This document shows, piece by piece, positions 1-12,735 of a stretch of 64,000 nt of DNA (its first letter is position 1; each line of letters opens with the position of its first letter). The notes under the pieces are model-generated. The model had not been told where the DNA came from and did not search any database. It worked only from the letters and a program-made list of their open reading frames with translations. The stretch is taken from contig CM068742.1 of NCBI GenBank assembly GCA_035084275.1, positions 58,094,001 to 58,158,000 of the forward strand. The letters are read 5' to 3'. This DNA is from Hydrolagus colliei (lineage: Eukaryota). A program made the translations under genes and the position numbers.

Positions 1-160
1 TAAATCCACGGCTGTTAGTGGGACACTGCTATGCGCAATTGGCTGATGCATTTTGCCCACAAATATACAGTCAATTCACTTTATAGTATATTCTGTGAAG
101 CTCTTTGAGACATCTAGAAGACATGAAGAGCTATATCAAATGCAAGGATTATTACTATTA
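1..160 (+). mobile_element. 3' half of tRNA-derived SINE with L2-like tail
   Basis: GGGACACTGCT..GCAATTGGCTG..AGTCAATTCACTTT..TATATCAAATGCAAGGATTATTA, matching the 3' half of the full copy at 1563. Confidence 0.85.
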
Positions 161-375
161 AATTATAACTGGGTTTGAATCCAAATCTGTGCTGATTGTG
201 TCAGTTTACCTCACATGGTATCCCTTGTTGCCTCTGGGTCACTGGGTGAATATGGAATATAGCTTGGCTATGATGCCCTCCATGTTCTTTTAATACCCAT
301 TGTTCAGAGTTACATATGAAAAATAATCACTTGGATGAGATATCACAAAGCAACTGGCACCAGTGTAACTATACA

Positions 376-1175
376 AAACACAAAATACTGCAGATGCTGG
401 AAATCTGAAACCAAAACAGAAGTTGCTGAGAAAACTCAGCAGGTCAGGCAGCATCTATGGAGAAAGGAAAGTGAGTCAACGTTTCGGGTCCAAGACCCTT
501 CGTCAGAACTGGGGCATGTTGGGAGGGAGAGGTTTTTAAGGACAAGTTAGAGTGGGGGAGGCAGGACAAGGGAGACAAAGGAGACAAAGAAGACAGAAAA
601 AGAAGACAAAGGAAAATATGTGTTAATTAATGGGTTAAATAGATGATATCGGTGTGAAACAAAAAGGGGGTGGGTTTAAACAAAACTGGGGAGAAGAGGT
701 GTTAATTGTGAAGAGCAGCCAAAACACCAGAGAGGCAAGGGGTGTCTGGAGTGATGATTGTAATGGGGGAGGGGGAGCTTCTATGGTTTGAAGTAGCTGA
801 AATCAATGTTGAGGCCAGAGGCTGTAGGGTCCGCAGAAGATAAACAAGGTGCTATTTCTCAAGCTTTCACTGTGGGTCACTGGAACAGCACAGGAGACCA
901 TGGATGGAGAGATCAGCCTCTGAATGTGCGTGTGAATTGAAATGGAGGGAGACCGGAAAGATCAGGGTTGACCTTGCGTACAGAACGAAGGTGCTCTGCA
1001 AATCGGTCTCCCAATCTGCACTTAGTCTCTAGTATAGAGGAGACCACAATGTGAGCAGCGGATACAGTATACTACATTGATGGTAGTACATGTGAACCGC
1101 TGTCTTACATGGAAACTGTGTTTGGGTCCTTGGAGCGTGTTCTGGGTGGAGATGAAAGGGCAGGTATTACATCTA
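376..1175 (-). mobile_element. Penelope-like retroelement 3' fragment (degraded GIY-YIG endonuclease plus pLTR)
   Basis: Minus strand reads RFTCTTINVVYCIRCSHCGLLY, then after a frameshift ETKCRLGDRFAEHLRSVR, typical of Penelope GIY-YIG; terminal segment carries a hammerhead core. Confidence 0.9.
474..510 (-). ncRNA. Minimal type I hammerhead ribozyme motif in Penelope pLTR
   Basis: Minus strand AGTT-CTGACGA-A-GGGTC-TTG-GACCC-GAAA-CGTT-GACT: CUGANGA and GAAA boxes, 5-bp stem II, palindromic ACGT stem III, AGTT/GACT stem I. Confidence 0.7.
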
Positions 1176-1424
1176 GTTACCAGTGTCTTGCCAAAAGAAA
1201 AAAGAGTGAAATGCCGCATTTTTTAATAATAATAACTCTTGTGTTTGATATCGCCCCTAATCACATCATAGAGATGTCTCAAAGTGCTTCACAGGATACA
1301 CCATAAAGTGGAGTGACTACATATCTTTTGCACAAAACCCAGCAACCAGTTTAGCACAAGCATTCTCCGACAAACAGCCATGGAATGAGTGAGCTGTTTT
1401 CTCTGGGGGATTTTCAACATGGGC

Positions 1425-2400
1425 ATAAAAACAAGAATAGGCTGTGAAGACTGTCAAGCCTGCTCCATAATTTTATTACATCATGTATACTTTTAAGACC
1501 ATTTTCCAGATCTCTCCATAGCCCTTAATGTCCTTACCTCTTAAGTACCTATCTATCTATATGGAGCTCCTGTGGCTCAGTGGTTAGAGCACTTGTCTTG
1601 CAAGCTGGGGAAACCAAGCTGGGGATACCTGTGTTCGAATCCAGGCAGGTCAGGGCGAAACCTTGGGCAAGTGTCCTTACTCCACATGCCTAATAATAAT
1701 CCTTCCAAAAAAACACAATAATAAAATTGGTTATTTCAATCCATGACTGTGTGTGGGACACTGCTGTGCGCAATTGACTGCCGCGATTTGCCCACAAATA
1801 TATACAGTCAATTCACTTTACAGTATATTCTGTAAAGCGCTTTGGGACATTGATAAGATGTGGAAAGCGCTATATCAAATGCAAGGATTATTATTATTAT
1901 TATTATTATTATTACCTATGTTCAGTGAAAGCTGCTTTAGTCAGATGCTGGTTAACATTGGATGATAGGTAAATCGGACAAAACCCCCACCCCGATTTAT
2001 TTGTATTCTCACTTACTTTAAATACACTGTTTAATTTGGACAAAAGTGTCACGGTGGTCACATAAACAAGACAACAGGACCAGCCCTGTTGTGTTCTTCT
2101 TAAAATCCTTCCACTATATCGGCAATTATTTTGTTGTTTGAACATTTGCCAATTGATTCTGCATTGATGACCTTGTGGGACAAGGTATTCTATGATTCTC
2201 ACTACCCATTTTGAGAATACATTTTTTCTTATCTAAATTTTTTGCACTCATTTTACGGTTGTGTCCCCTTCTCTGGATATGTCTACCAGAATAATAGGTT
2301 TCCTACATATCTTATTAATTCTCTTTATAACTTTCAATACTCAATCACATTGCCCCTTAACTTGCTCAGCGCTAGAGAATATAAACCAAGTTTATCCAGT
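1425..2400 (-). mobile_element. Degraded CR1 LINE 3' pieces, interrupted by a SINE
   Basis: Resembles the reverse complement of the CR1 3' region at 58700-59135 (e.g. ATCACATTGCCCCTTAACTTGCTCAGCGCTAGAGAATATAAACCAAGTTTATCC). Confidence 0.55.
1563..1914 (+). mobile_element. Full-length tRNA-derived SINE, short form (tRNA head, CORE-like segment, L2-like tail)
   Basis: A box TGGCTCAGTGG, B box GTTCGAATCC, CCTTGGGCAAGT CORE-like motif, (TTA)n tail. Confidence 0.9.
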
Positions 2401-3381
2401 CCCCCATTAGCACTAATTATATTTTTGCTTGTTGCAATTCAACTAACGTTGTCATATGTTTTGCAATAATCTTTATTAGCAGAATAGCAGCTACTGACTG
2501 ACAGAAACTCCAGTGAGAATAATTTCCCATTTTATTATATTTTCTCTTGTGATTAAAATGTGACTAGTTAAATGGGGGTGGGGGAGTATGTGAGGGGGAA
2601 AGAAGGAGAGAAAAGTATTGTCTACTCGTTGTTTTAGTGCTTTGTGACAGCTTTTCGATGTGAAAGGCCCTACAGTAATATAAATTGTATCATATGGGGG
2701 CGCGGGGGTGGAGAGAGGAGGGGTATAAATAATATGGTGTGAAGATGTCCAAGCCCCAACAAAGCAATTTAATATGGATGAAGCTAGTCTGTGAAAAGGC
2801 ATTTAAAAAGGCATTTCCACAGATTTATTGATAGTAATAATTTGGGCACTTCAATCCATGACTGTTTGTAGGACACTGCTGTGCGCATTTGGTTGCCATC
2901 ACTCACTAAATAAACAGTCAATTTGATTTACAGTATATTCTGTGAAGTGTTTTGAGACGTCTCAAACAACAACAAAATTACATTTGTATGGCACCTTTTA
3001 CAAATGTCCCAAGGTGCTGGATGGACAATATTCCGGACCCAAGCTTGGTGTAGGGATTGGTGAGTGTGGAGGGCAAGGGGTAAGGAAGTGAATCAAAAGC
3101 ACAATTAAAGAGAAGTGTATAAAGGAGAGTTGAGAGTCAATCAAGATGCCAAGGTTCTAGATTGGCTTTGTGAGATGGAATGTGAATCTGAATGGTGATG
3201 CTGTCAGCACATGAGGTGTGGAGGTGCTGGAGGGAGCCAATCTATTCCAAAGAAGCATATATGAGTACAAATTTTGTTCAGCATTATGCATATCACCTTT
3301 GGCTATGTTGGCTACTAATAGGATTTCCGAATATAATCATACATTGACTAAGGCTCTGCCTCTAACAATGAACAGAATTTT

Positions 3382-3688
3382 TATAATAATAATCCTTACA
3401 TTTGATATAGAGCTTTTCATGTCTTCTAGATGTCTCAAAGTGCCTCACAGAATGTACTGTAAAGTGAATTGACTGTATATTTGTGGGTGAAACCCGGCAG
3501 TTAATTGTGCACTGCATATCCCACACACAGTCGTGGATTGATATAACCAATTTAATACAGCTTTCTTGAGGGATTATTATTAGGTGTGTGGAGTAAGGAA
3601 ACTTGCCCAAGGTTTTGCCCTGCCTGGATTTGAACACAGGTCTCACACTTGTAAGGCAAGTACTCTGTCCACTGAGCTACAGGACTCC
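3382..3688 (-). mobile_element. Full-length tRNA-derived SINE, short form
   Basis: Reverse complement of the 1563 family; plus strand ends CCACTGAGCTACAGGACTCC. Confidence 0.9.
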
Positions 3689-5938
3689 TTCAGACGTATG
3701 AATCCATTTTAAATATTAAAATATAATATTAATATAATATACTATTATATTACAATACTGCATTACTTTTAGTGCAAATCAATTATGGAAAATTTAGTAT
3801 ATTTTCACAAACCAGTTACAGTATGTGTATGAGTCTCAATCTTTGTAGGCAATCATGTTATTGAAACAAAATAGGGAAAGGTATATAAGTATGTGCCCTA
3901 CAGAAATCAAAAGAGCACTAACCGTCACTGTGAGGGTGTCTGCTAACAGAATCCAGCAAATAGAAGTTTAACTAATTATAATTAATTTAACTTAATATTT
4001 GGATATCAAACATAATTTTCAGATAAGCAAAAGAATATTCATTACAAAGCTGCTCAATAAACTATGAACATTACATTGAAAATCCAAACTGAAGTAATTT
4101 ATTTTATGTGAGCTACTTATTTTATGTAAATCGTAATGTAAATACTAACTTATTTTACGTAAGCATTTCAGGTAAGCTATGCAAAAGCACTTTATAATGT
4201 CCTTCCTTTCTTTATTCACTTGACAGTAAAGAGACAAATAGACAGTGTTTTGCTTTAGTTACTTTAGTGACTATACAAAGGTAATTGTGTTGTGGTTGTG
4301 ATATTATGTCATGGAAAAGGCTGGAGGGGCTCTACTGAGCTCCAGACTCCTCTGGGAATCGATCAGGAGCTGCTCCAAAATTTATCCCTTGATCCAAAAT
4401 TACCAACAACCCATATTTTCACCCCTACATGTTAATACCAGTGAAATCATCCCTCCATAGAAAGGTATCACTTACTCATGGGGTATGGCTACAAATTATC
4501 ACAGTTTAAGATGTGTGTATTTTTTGGATGAATTCTGAACTTTTAAAAGCTGAATCCAAATCCAACCTCCAGCTTTTCTCAAATGTTGATGTTGAATTGA
4601 AGCCTTGGGATGTCATCCCATTGTGAAAGGCGCACTATAAATGTAATTCAGTTTTGTTGTTATTGTTGAAACTGGTTGTTTCAGCCACACACTTAAGTGC
4701 AACACTTAGAATCCACATTTTAACATCAGCTTCCACAAACAGTACAACGGTATTGGAAGAATATTAAGGAATTATTAGTCGAGAATAGGATAATGCAAAA
4801 TGAATATTTGTATTAATTTCACTTGATACATATTTCTCCAATACCTCAAAGGTCAAACAAACATAATACAGTACAAAGAATGAATGCATTAATTGTTACA
4901 TGATTAATTGTTCCCATTAAGAGGGCTCCACTGATTGCAACTTAACTTGATCTCACAAGATATTTGTTGAATGTTATCTTCAGTTTTTGAGGAAATCATC
5001 AGTATTCTTGCATACATACCTTTAACATTGCTAATTTCCTTCACTATTTTCAAGATGTGTCTCAAGACCTTCCTCTTTGACTGCTCATTTGGTCATCCCC
5101 TCGCCCTTTGGTGCTCATCCATTCTCAGCTATCCAGCACTTTGGGTGAAAAATGCTATGTAAATTTAATATGTTTATTTGGGATAGAATTAGACAAAAAC
5201 ATGTTTCATTTGAGGTGAACATTTGTGAGAACTAACAACAACTTTTACAATAGTCTGACTAATATCTCACAAGGACCTCACAAACCCTGCTGACATTATG
5301 AATATATTTCCATTTAAGATGAAGTTTTGTTTCTGAGACCTAAAGTACAGTATCACGAGAAGCTGATTTGGGGTGTTTGCCAAGAGAGGTGCAAGGCAGA
5401 AAGATTGCGGAAAAGCCAGTCAAAGAGGTACAAAAGAATTGAGGGACTCCATGATGGAGTTCCAGAAAGTGGGGGCAGCATAATACTAATAATTATCCTT
5501 TTATTCGAATCACAGCATTATTATGTCTTTGAGACTTCTCAAAGTGCTACGAAAAACGCACCGGAAAGTGAATTGATTGTACATTTCATGTGCAAAATGT
5601 TGCATCCAATTGCGCACAAACTTTAGAATGTCTAAACCAATGGTGGGCAAATAAGGTGGGGGACACAATGGCCAAGCTGGTGATTGCTGAAAGGAGGGAG
5701 TGGACAGGTGGTGTGTTACATTGTAGAATATTTACTCTTAAGGTGATACTAGCAGATTGTTGAATACAGTCTTAACTTTTTTAAAAAAGGATTCAGTAAA
5801 GATTCTGTCTTTATTAAAGACTTTGTTAATTTTTCGATTTCTGATAAATCTTGACACAGAATGAAATTTCTCTTCAGTAATCATCAAATGAAATGTTCCA
5901 TAGAAATATGGAAAAAGACTCAGAAAAGAAACTATGTA

Positions 5939-6321
5939 CAGTAAAACCTTGTTTATCCAGTACCCAACCAAACGGCATTCTCAACCAACCGTTATCTCCC
6001 AATACAATTCACCATTCCCAGCAATCGGAACTCATACCATAGCCATCCGGGACACTCGCGGTATGATCACTTTGTGCATGCGCACTTATTAGACTTACCG
6101 AACATTGGAATGCTTTTTTACTGTTCATTTTACCAAGTGTGCTGGAATGCTTTATTGGTAAGTATCCATACTATGTTCTGTTATTATTTAGTCTATTATT
6201 AATATGGTATGTTTTAAAATAAGTTAATTTTTTTGTTGGATTTTCGGCAACTTGCCACTCGAATATCCAACATATTTAATTAATCAGGTCCCCAGGGTGA
6301 TGGATAACAAAGGTTTAACTG
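5939..6321. mobile_element. Tc1/mariner (Tigger-like) MITE
   Basis: TA flanks; TIRs CAGTAAAACCTTGTTTATCCA and TGGATAACAAAGGTTTAACTG. Confidence 0.85.
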
Positions 6322-7804
6322 TATTTTTAAGAACTGAAAGTAAACATCTTCCAAAGAGAAACTGAATTGAAGAATTGTCTACAATTCTACATTTTAGAAT
6401 AAAATGATCGTACGATTTAAACCTTGGTGGAATTTCAGCCATTTGTTTTGGATCATATGGCCAATTGTTGGTTTGATACATTCATTTCTAAAAAACAAAA
6501 CATGAACCACTGAAAAGATAAGCCAGAACATCAATAGTATTTTCTGCTAGGAATCACCTGGAGGTCATTTCAACATGTGAAACTTCAGTTCAAACCCAAG
6601 ATCTCTTCCGAGACAACGCTTCACTGATCAGTTTCAATAGAAAAACACGTTGTGTTTTGGGAACTTCATCTGGTTGTTAAAGTGTGAATTTTTCCATTCC
6701 ATCACTTTTTCACGATGTTGTCACCTTTCTGGGAAATGAGCACCCAGTTCACATCTTAAACTCAATAAACATCAGCTTGAACTCAGTTCCTGTCTGTCTG
6801 CTTCCGCAGTATTGACCTTCATCATGTGGCTTTCACTTGCTGTTAATGAAGGCTCTTAAATATTCCCTTTGTGGTTCTTTTTTCTATTTAAAAAAACAAA
6901 AACCTTTTCCTTCCCCAGCTAACTGGCATTTTAACTCTAATAGCCAATTACTCTGCATGTAACGAAAGTTCACATATGTTGCTGTATCTATAACCGCAAG
7001 TCTTGGCTGAGTGCCTCAATAAGATGAAGGTCTTGTATTGCAGAAAAAAAACAATCTTGAATATGCCATGTGATTATTTATGGATCAAATTAAATTGTAA
7101 AATAACTATCAAGCAGATTAATTAATTTGAGGATTTCACCGTGAATTCAGCCCTGACTTGTTAATTAACTGGATGACCCTTTCTCTTCTGTCATTTTTAA
7201 CACACAACTTGCACTGCATATTGTAATGTATTCTTTCTTGATTTATCTTTTTAGGAACTGTGGCAGAATAATACATACCTAGATTTCAATATATATATCC
7301 AACTGTAAAATGGAATGCATAGAAGAAACACTGCCATATGATGGACCCATAAAAAACAATTATACTCATGTAATCCATATTTTAAGGAAAAATATGTATT
7401 GGTTATTAAAGTGCAGTAAAGATCTTATTCAGGTGACAGTCGGGATTCCATATGTCCTCAAAAATACATTATAAAGAACTTAACTGCCTTAATTATTTGA
7501 CAAAATATATGAGCATGATTTTATTTTTCAAATTTTACATTGTCTTCAAATACTGTATGCTTTCCATACTGCTGCTCATCCATCTCTATCTCTTACTACA
7601 TCTTTGGAAGATGTTTTATCACTGTTTCCAACACTGTTGCTGAATTAATTGACATGTTTATAGGCAGACCAAGATGACAATTTTTTTCTAACCAAGTAGA
7701 AGAGACCAGAAATCGTTAAAGTATCAGGAAAATTAAAAACTGCAGATAATAATAATATAACCCTTAGTGACATCAGCCTGACATGAAAGGCACTATGTAA
7801 ATGT

Positions 7805-8127
7805 AATTGTTTTGTTGTTGCAGTTGATATGGTACCTGTTCACATGTTTGAAACATCTCAAAGCGCTTCATAGAATATACTGTAAAGTGAATTGACTATA
7901 TATTGTGTGGGTGAAATGCAGCAGTGTCCCACAAACAGTGACCATTTTGTTTTAGGAATTGTGATCTGCAGAAAAGCCCCAATTGACTTAAAATTGTGTT
8001 ACTATTTACTGCTAGGTAAAAAGTGGTGTGTTGAGTAAAGAACCTTGCCCCAAATTTTGCAGTGCCGAGAATTGAACCCAGCTCTTTCGCTTGCGTGGTG
8101 AGTGCTCTAACCACTGAACTACAGGAC
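7805..8127 (-). mobile_element. tRNA-derived SINE, long form, diverged
   Basis: Reverse A box (CTCTAACCACTGAACTACAGGAC), TTTACTGCTAGGTAAA segment, L2-like tail. Confidence 0.8.
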
Positions 8128-10078
8128 AGCATTCATCATGAGGATGCTGGAATAGCATCTCAGACAGCATTAGGAGTTGTAATTTGTAGTTACCAAAGTG
8201 TTTATGCATCTAAAAGCCAAGATACTTTAAGTGTTGCTAATACCAGATAGACAATGGTCAACAGTTCTAAAATATTGAAATGCTTGTACAGCATATAAAA
8301 TACTTATTTTGGTGGCAAAACAAAGCAAATTAGCTTTGCACATCAATCCTGATATTCAACATTCCCAACAGGTTGAATAACAGCATACAGAAAGTCTTAA
8401 ATCCAGCATTCCATACTAATGCCAAGCGCAAATGCAGGGCAAAAGTTTATCATGATAAAGCATACATTTGCAAATAATTTAGTTATCCTGCTGCCTCGAT
8501 TCGCTGTAGAGCATCTTATCTGTGCCGCACACTTTTCATCTGACAAGCACTATTATTTATATGCAGGTGTTGCTTACCCATGGGAGTATATTGCATATAT
8601 CCCGATGACAGCAGTAAGCTTATTTGTAATTGGATGAAGAACACATCTCCTGTATCGAAACAATAGGAGGCACATTAGCAGAATTGAAAGTAGGCAATAT
8701 GTTCTGCTGGATTGTTATTTACTAAGATTAACCAGATTCAGAGGAACAATCATTTTATCATTCTGATGTGAAACATTCTATAACAAATACAGTACTAGGA
8801 TTATTATTATTCACTTTGTGGCTATTTGTGGGACATAGGTCATTAATCTGATGGGTGTGGAATGCTGCTCTGCACAAATTGGCTTCCGAGTTTGCCTGCA
8901 AAATATACAGTCACTCCACTTTTCAGTAAATCCTCCGAAATGCTTTGAGATTTCCTCCTGACCAAAAATGGGCTATATAAAATATAAGATTTTTTAAATC
9001 ATTATTTGGGAGTTTAATCAGTTCTTGAGATGGTTTTATAAACTCAGAAATGTTCTTTTCAGGCAGGAAAGAAACAGAAATCATGTGATCTGTTGGTGAG
9101 GTACACCCATTAATGGAGTTCTGCTGGGTCTATTTTCGTTATTCTGCTGTTGGCACCTTCACAAACATTGCAGAGACAGGCAGAATAAAATTTGATGATA
9201 ACAAAAGTGGTTTAGTGTCTAATACAAGAGAGATTGATTACCTTCAAAGAGATCAGGACAAAGGAATCTTGATAAATTAAAGCATTAGGGAAGGAAATTA
9301 TAGCTTTTTATGTGAATTAATTTAAAGAAATGTACAATGGACTAGAAAACATGAAAAAGTACACAGAAAGGACGAGAGTTGATTATCAGGCATTCACTGA
9401 ACATGTGAGTTTAACAATTACTAGGGTACATCTTGACAAGTGAAAATTGTTTTAACCCTACCTAACTTACTGATAAGATTATTTTTTGAACATTATGTGA
9501 AGCTTAGCATCAGAATGCCATTGACACATTGCATTGGGTTTAGAGGGAAGCTTAAAGGATAAATCTGGGACTCAAAGTCAGGAAGAGACATTCACAAATC
9601 AATATATTTAGCCATTGACATGAAAAAAAAATTGAGTTGTGTGATAATTATTACCGGTGCCAATTAGGACATCACATTCAGCATTCTTTTAATCCTAATA
9701 TCAGTCACCAGGTCCAGAGGCATATGTAGTTTTAATGCTTTACTCATTAACTATGCTGGCTTGTCTTATTTTTGTGCAATCCATATTTGCGCTGTCAGGA
9801 ATTCCAATTTAACACCACTAAAATTAATTATGTTGCTTTTGGTTCTGAGTAGTATGAATAAAACAGTTATCTTTATAAGACTTTGGGGAGTAATTCCAAC
9901 TGGGTCTAGATTTAGTCTATTATGGAGCATTTTAGATCATTCAGAAATGTTCAAATCAGTGTTCCTTTGCAGCTAGTTTTCTGCAGTTCTTTAAAAGCAG
10001 CTTACAAATTTTTTGAGGAATTTGGCAAATTCTGGTTGCTCCAAAGTAATCCAGTAATAACAACCATTGCATTTGATA

Positions 10079-10754
10079 TAGGGTCCGTCAATATGGAAAT
10101 TTTCCAATATTGCTATATCGGTGGGCTCATATCGATATATACCGATTAGGATCCGTAGATATGTAAATTTTCCGATATCGATACATCGGTTTGCCCATAT
10201 CGATATATACCGATATATTGATATCGCGATATATATCGTTATATCGATATTGCAGGTTTTTTTGTCCTGTGCATGTGCACGCGCATTCCAGTGTGCGCGC
10301 GCATTCGGATATCGACAAGGTAAGTTCAAAAAGTCCGCATTTTACCGAATTTTTATCGAATTTTTCGATATATCGATATTTTAAAAATTCCGATAACGGC
10401 ATTATTGATATGTAAATTATATCAGATATAACAGATATATCGATATATCGCCGGACCCTAACACCAATATATCGATATCGCCGGGTTTTTTTATACTGCG
10501 CATGTGCGCGCGCATTCCATGCTCTAGGCCCAGGAGGTTTGCAATTCCGGCAACAAGGTAATTTGAAAAAGTTCGCATTATACCGATATAACCGATATAT
10601 CGCCAGACACGATATACCAATATTTGCGATATACCGATTTTTTTTATATACCGAATTTTTAGATAGACTGATATATTCTAATTTCCAATATCGGCATATC
10701 AATACGAAAAATTATACCGATATAACCGATATATCGATATATCGCTGGACACTA
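10079..10754 (+). mobile_element. Non-autonomous hAT transposon (outer copy)
   Basis: Ends TAGGGTCCGTC..GCTGGACACTA; perfect 8-bp TSD ATTTGATA (10071-10078 and 10755-10762); dense CGATAT subterminal repeats. Confidence 0.9.
10147..10460 (+). mobile_element. Second copy of the same hAT family nested inside the first
   Basis: Ends TAGGATCCGTAG..GCCGGACCCTA; flanks ATACCGAT and ACACCAAT (6/8 identical). Confidence 0.85.
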
Positions 10755-11109
10755 ATTTGATATAGAAGTTTTCATGTCAGGAGGGCATCCCAAGGTGCTG
10801 GAATATAATATGGAATATAATCATTGTGTTTGATACAATGCTGTATTATATCTTCAAGGCATCTCAAAATGCTTCAAAAAATATACTGCAAAGGGACTTG
10901 ACTGTATTTTGTCAGTGAAACTCGGTAGTCAATTGAATGACCAAATTATTATTAATATTTATTTTGGAGGGATTTTTACCCCTGGAAAGCAACCCATCAA
11001 TCGAATATCAACTGGGTTTCAATGTACTGCTACATAAAAAGAGGTGTGGTTTCACACTGACTGGGAAAACCCAGGTGAAGCAAGTGCTCTAATTAGTACC
11101 CTACAGGAC

Positions 11110-12735
11110 TACAAAAACTTGCATTTTTATAGCACCTTTCACGCAATGCAGTGTCCGGGAGTACATGACAGTGGCAGAGTCTGATGCCAAGCCAGAGAAG
11201 AGAGAGGGGGAGGTGGCCGTAAGCATGATCAAAAACAAAGGTCTTTGTGTGGGAATTAAAAATGCGGAAGGAGGGGATAAGGTGGAAATATTGAAGGCGA
11301 GGATTCCAGAGCTTGAGAGGACCTTGAAATCAATCTGTTTGGTAAATGGGAGCCAGTGGAGCCTGGCAAGGACACGTGTGATGGGGTTACAGAGTTTTGT
11401 GGGGGTGAGTATCTGGACAGTGGAGTTTTGAATTACCGGTAGCTGAATTTTGTGTATGGTGGAGCTGTGGTGGGTGTTGGAATAGTGCAGCCAAGAGGTG
11501 ACAAATTCATGCACCAAGGTTTTGGATGCCTTGATTGTGAGATACAGGTGGAGGCTGACAATGTGGCAGAGGTAGAAAAATATGTTCCTATTCAACAAAT
11601 GGATGTGGGATAGAAAGGAAAGCTGGGGATCAAACCTGATGCCTAAGTTGAGTTTCGTGAGTCTGAGGGAGAGCCCAGGGAAGTTGAGGAGTCCAGACCA
11701 GCAGGAGAGAAGATGTTGACCAGAGCCAAAACTTGTGAAAATTTTGCGCTGCATCCAAACTTGGTTGTCAGTCAAACAAGCTGACAGAACATCAATGGAA
11801 TGGGAGTCGTAACTGCAGGAGGAGTAGATTTAGGTGCCATCTGCATACATATGGAAGATGACTCCATGTCTTCGAATGACATCACTAAGAGGGAGCATGT
11901 AGATAAGGAAAATAAGGAGGCCAAAAATGGAACCTTGGTATATGCCGTAGGTAATCGGGCTGGGGTGGGTGGAAAAACCATTTGCTGAGATGTATTGTTG
12001 GTGGTTATTTAAGCAGGACTCGAGCCCTGGTCACAGAGAGAGAGAATATAATCTGTTACTTTGACAAACTGGTGAAAACCATGTGGTAGTGGGGAAAGGG
12101 AGGAGGGAGAGATGTGGACAAAGATGTGTGGGGTGTGGGCCGAAGAGAGGGTGATGTAGGAGGCATGGTTGGAGGTGGTGGGGAGAGGGGTGGGGTAGTG
12201 GAAGGCAATACGGAGGGAAGGGAGGAGTGGAAGGCTGCCAGGTGGATGTTATCTATTTTGGAGATCAAGACGTCCAGGACCTCTCGCACTTAACATCTGA
12301 AGTGAGAATCGAGAGTGCTTGAGAGGGGCCATGGAGGAGGTGCTGGTTTGTGGAGAGCAGGATTTGGGGGATATTTATGGCCTCAGGAATGTCCTGTGAG
12401 TAGAAAGCGGTTTAGGCTTGAGAGAGGGAGCAGCGGTAGTTACAAATAATAATAATAATAATCCTTGCATTTGATATAGTGCTTTTCATATCTTATCGAC
12501 ATCTCAAAGTGCTTCACAGAATACACTGTAAAGTTAATTAACTGTATATTTGTAGGCGAAACATAGCAGCCAATTGCCCACAGCAGTGTCCCAAAAACAG
12601 TCATGGATTGAAAATGACCAATTTTTATTATTGTTTATTTTAATAAACACGCTTTGGTGGTGATCCGTGAGATTGGCTTTGTGCCATCTGCGCTCGGCAA
12701 GGTTTGGGATTGACATACAGGACTCCAAAGGATGT
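11110..12735 (-). mobile_element. L2 LINE ORF2 remnants (pseudogenised RT region plus tail)
   Basis: HMYADG (YADD-like), LGIRFDPQLSF, LARLHWLP..IDFK; frameshifted; SINE inserted at about 12445-12640. Confidence 0.9.
12445..12640 (-). mobile_element. SINE 3' half
   Basis: (AAT)n-CCTTGCATTTGATATAG..CAGCAGTGTCCC, same family as 1563. Confidence 0.85.

Noticed and set aside
1563-1645. tRNA gene (A and B boxes)
   Set aside because: SINE head; no proper acceptor stem and it continues into the SINE body
7255-7431. Possible exon after a polypyrimidine AG
   Set aside because: Stops in all three frames near the start and a weak donor
9991-10760. Overlapping ORFs of up to 191 aa rich in RYIDI
   Set aside because: Produced by stop-poor CGATAT subterminal repeats of the hAT MITE; low complexity
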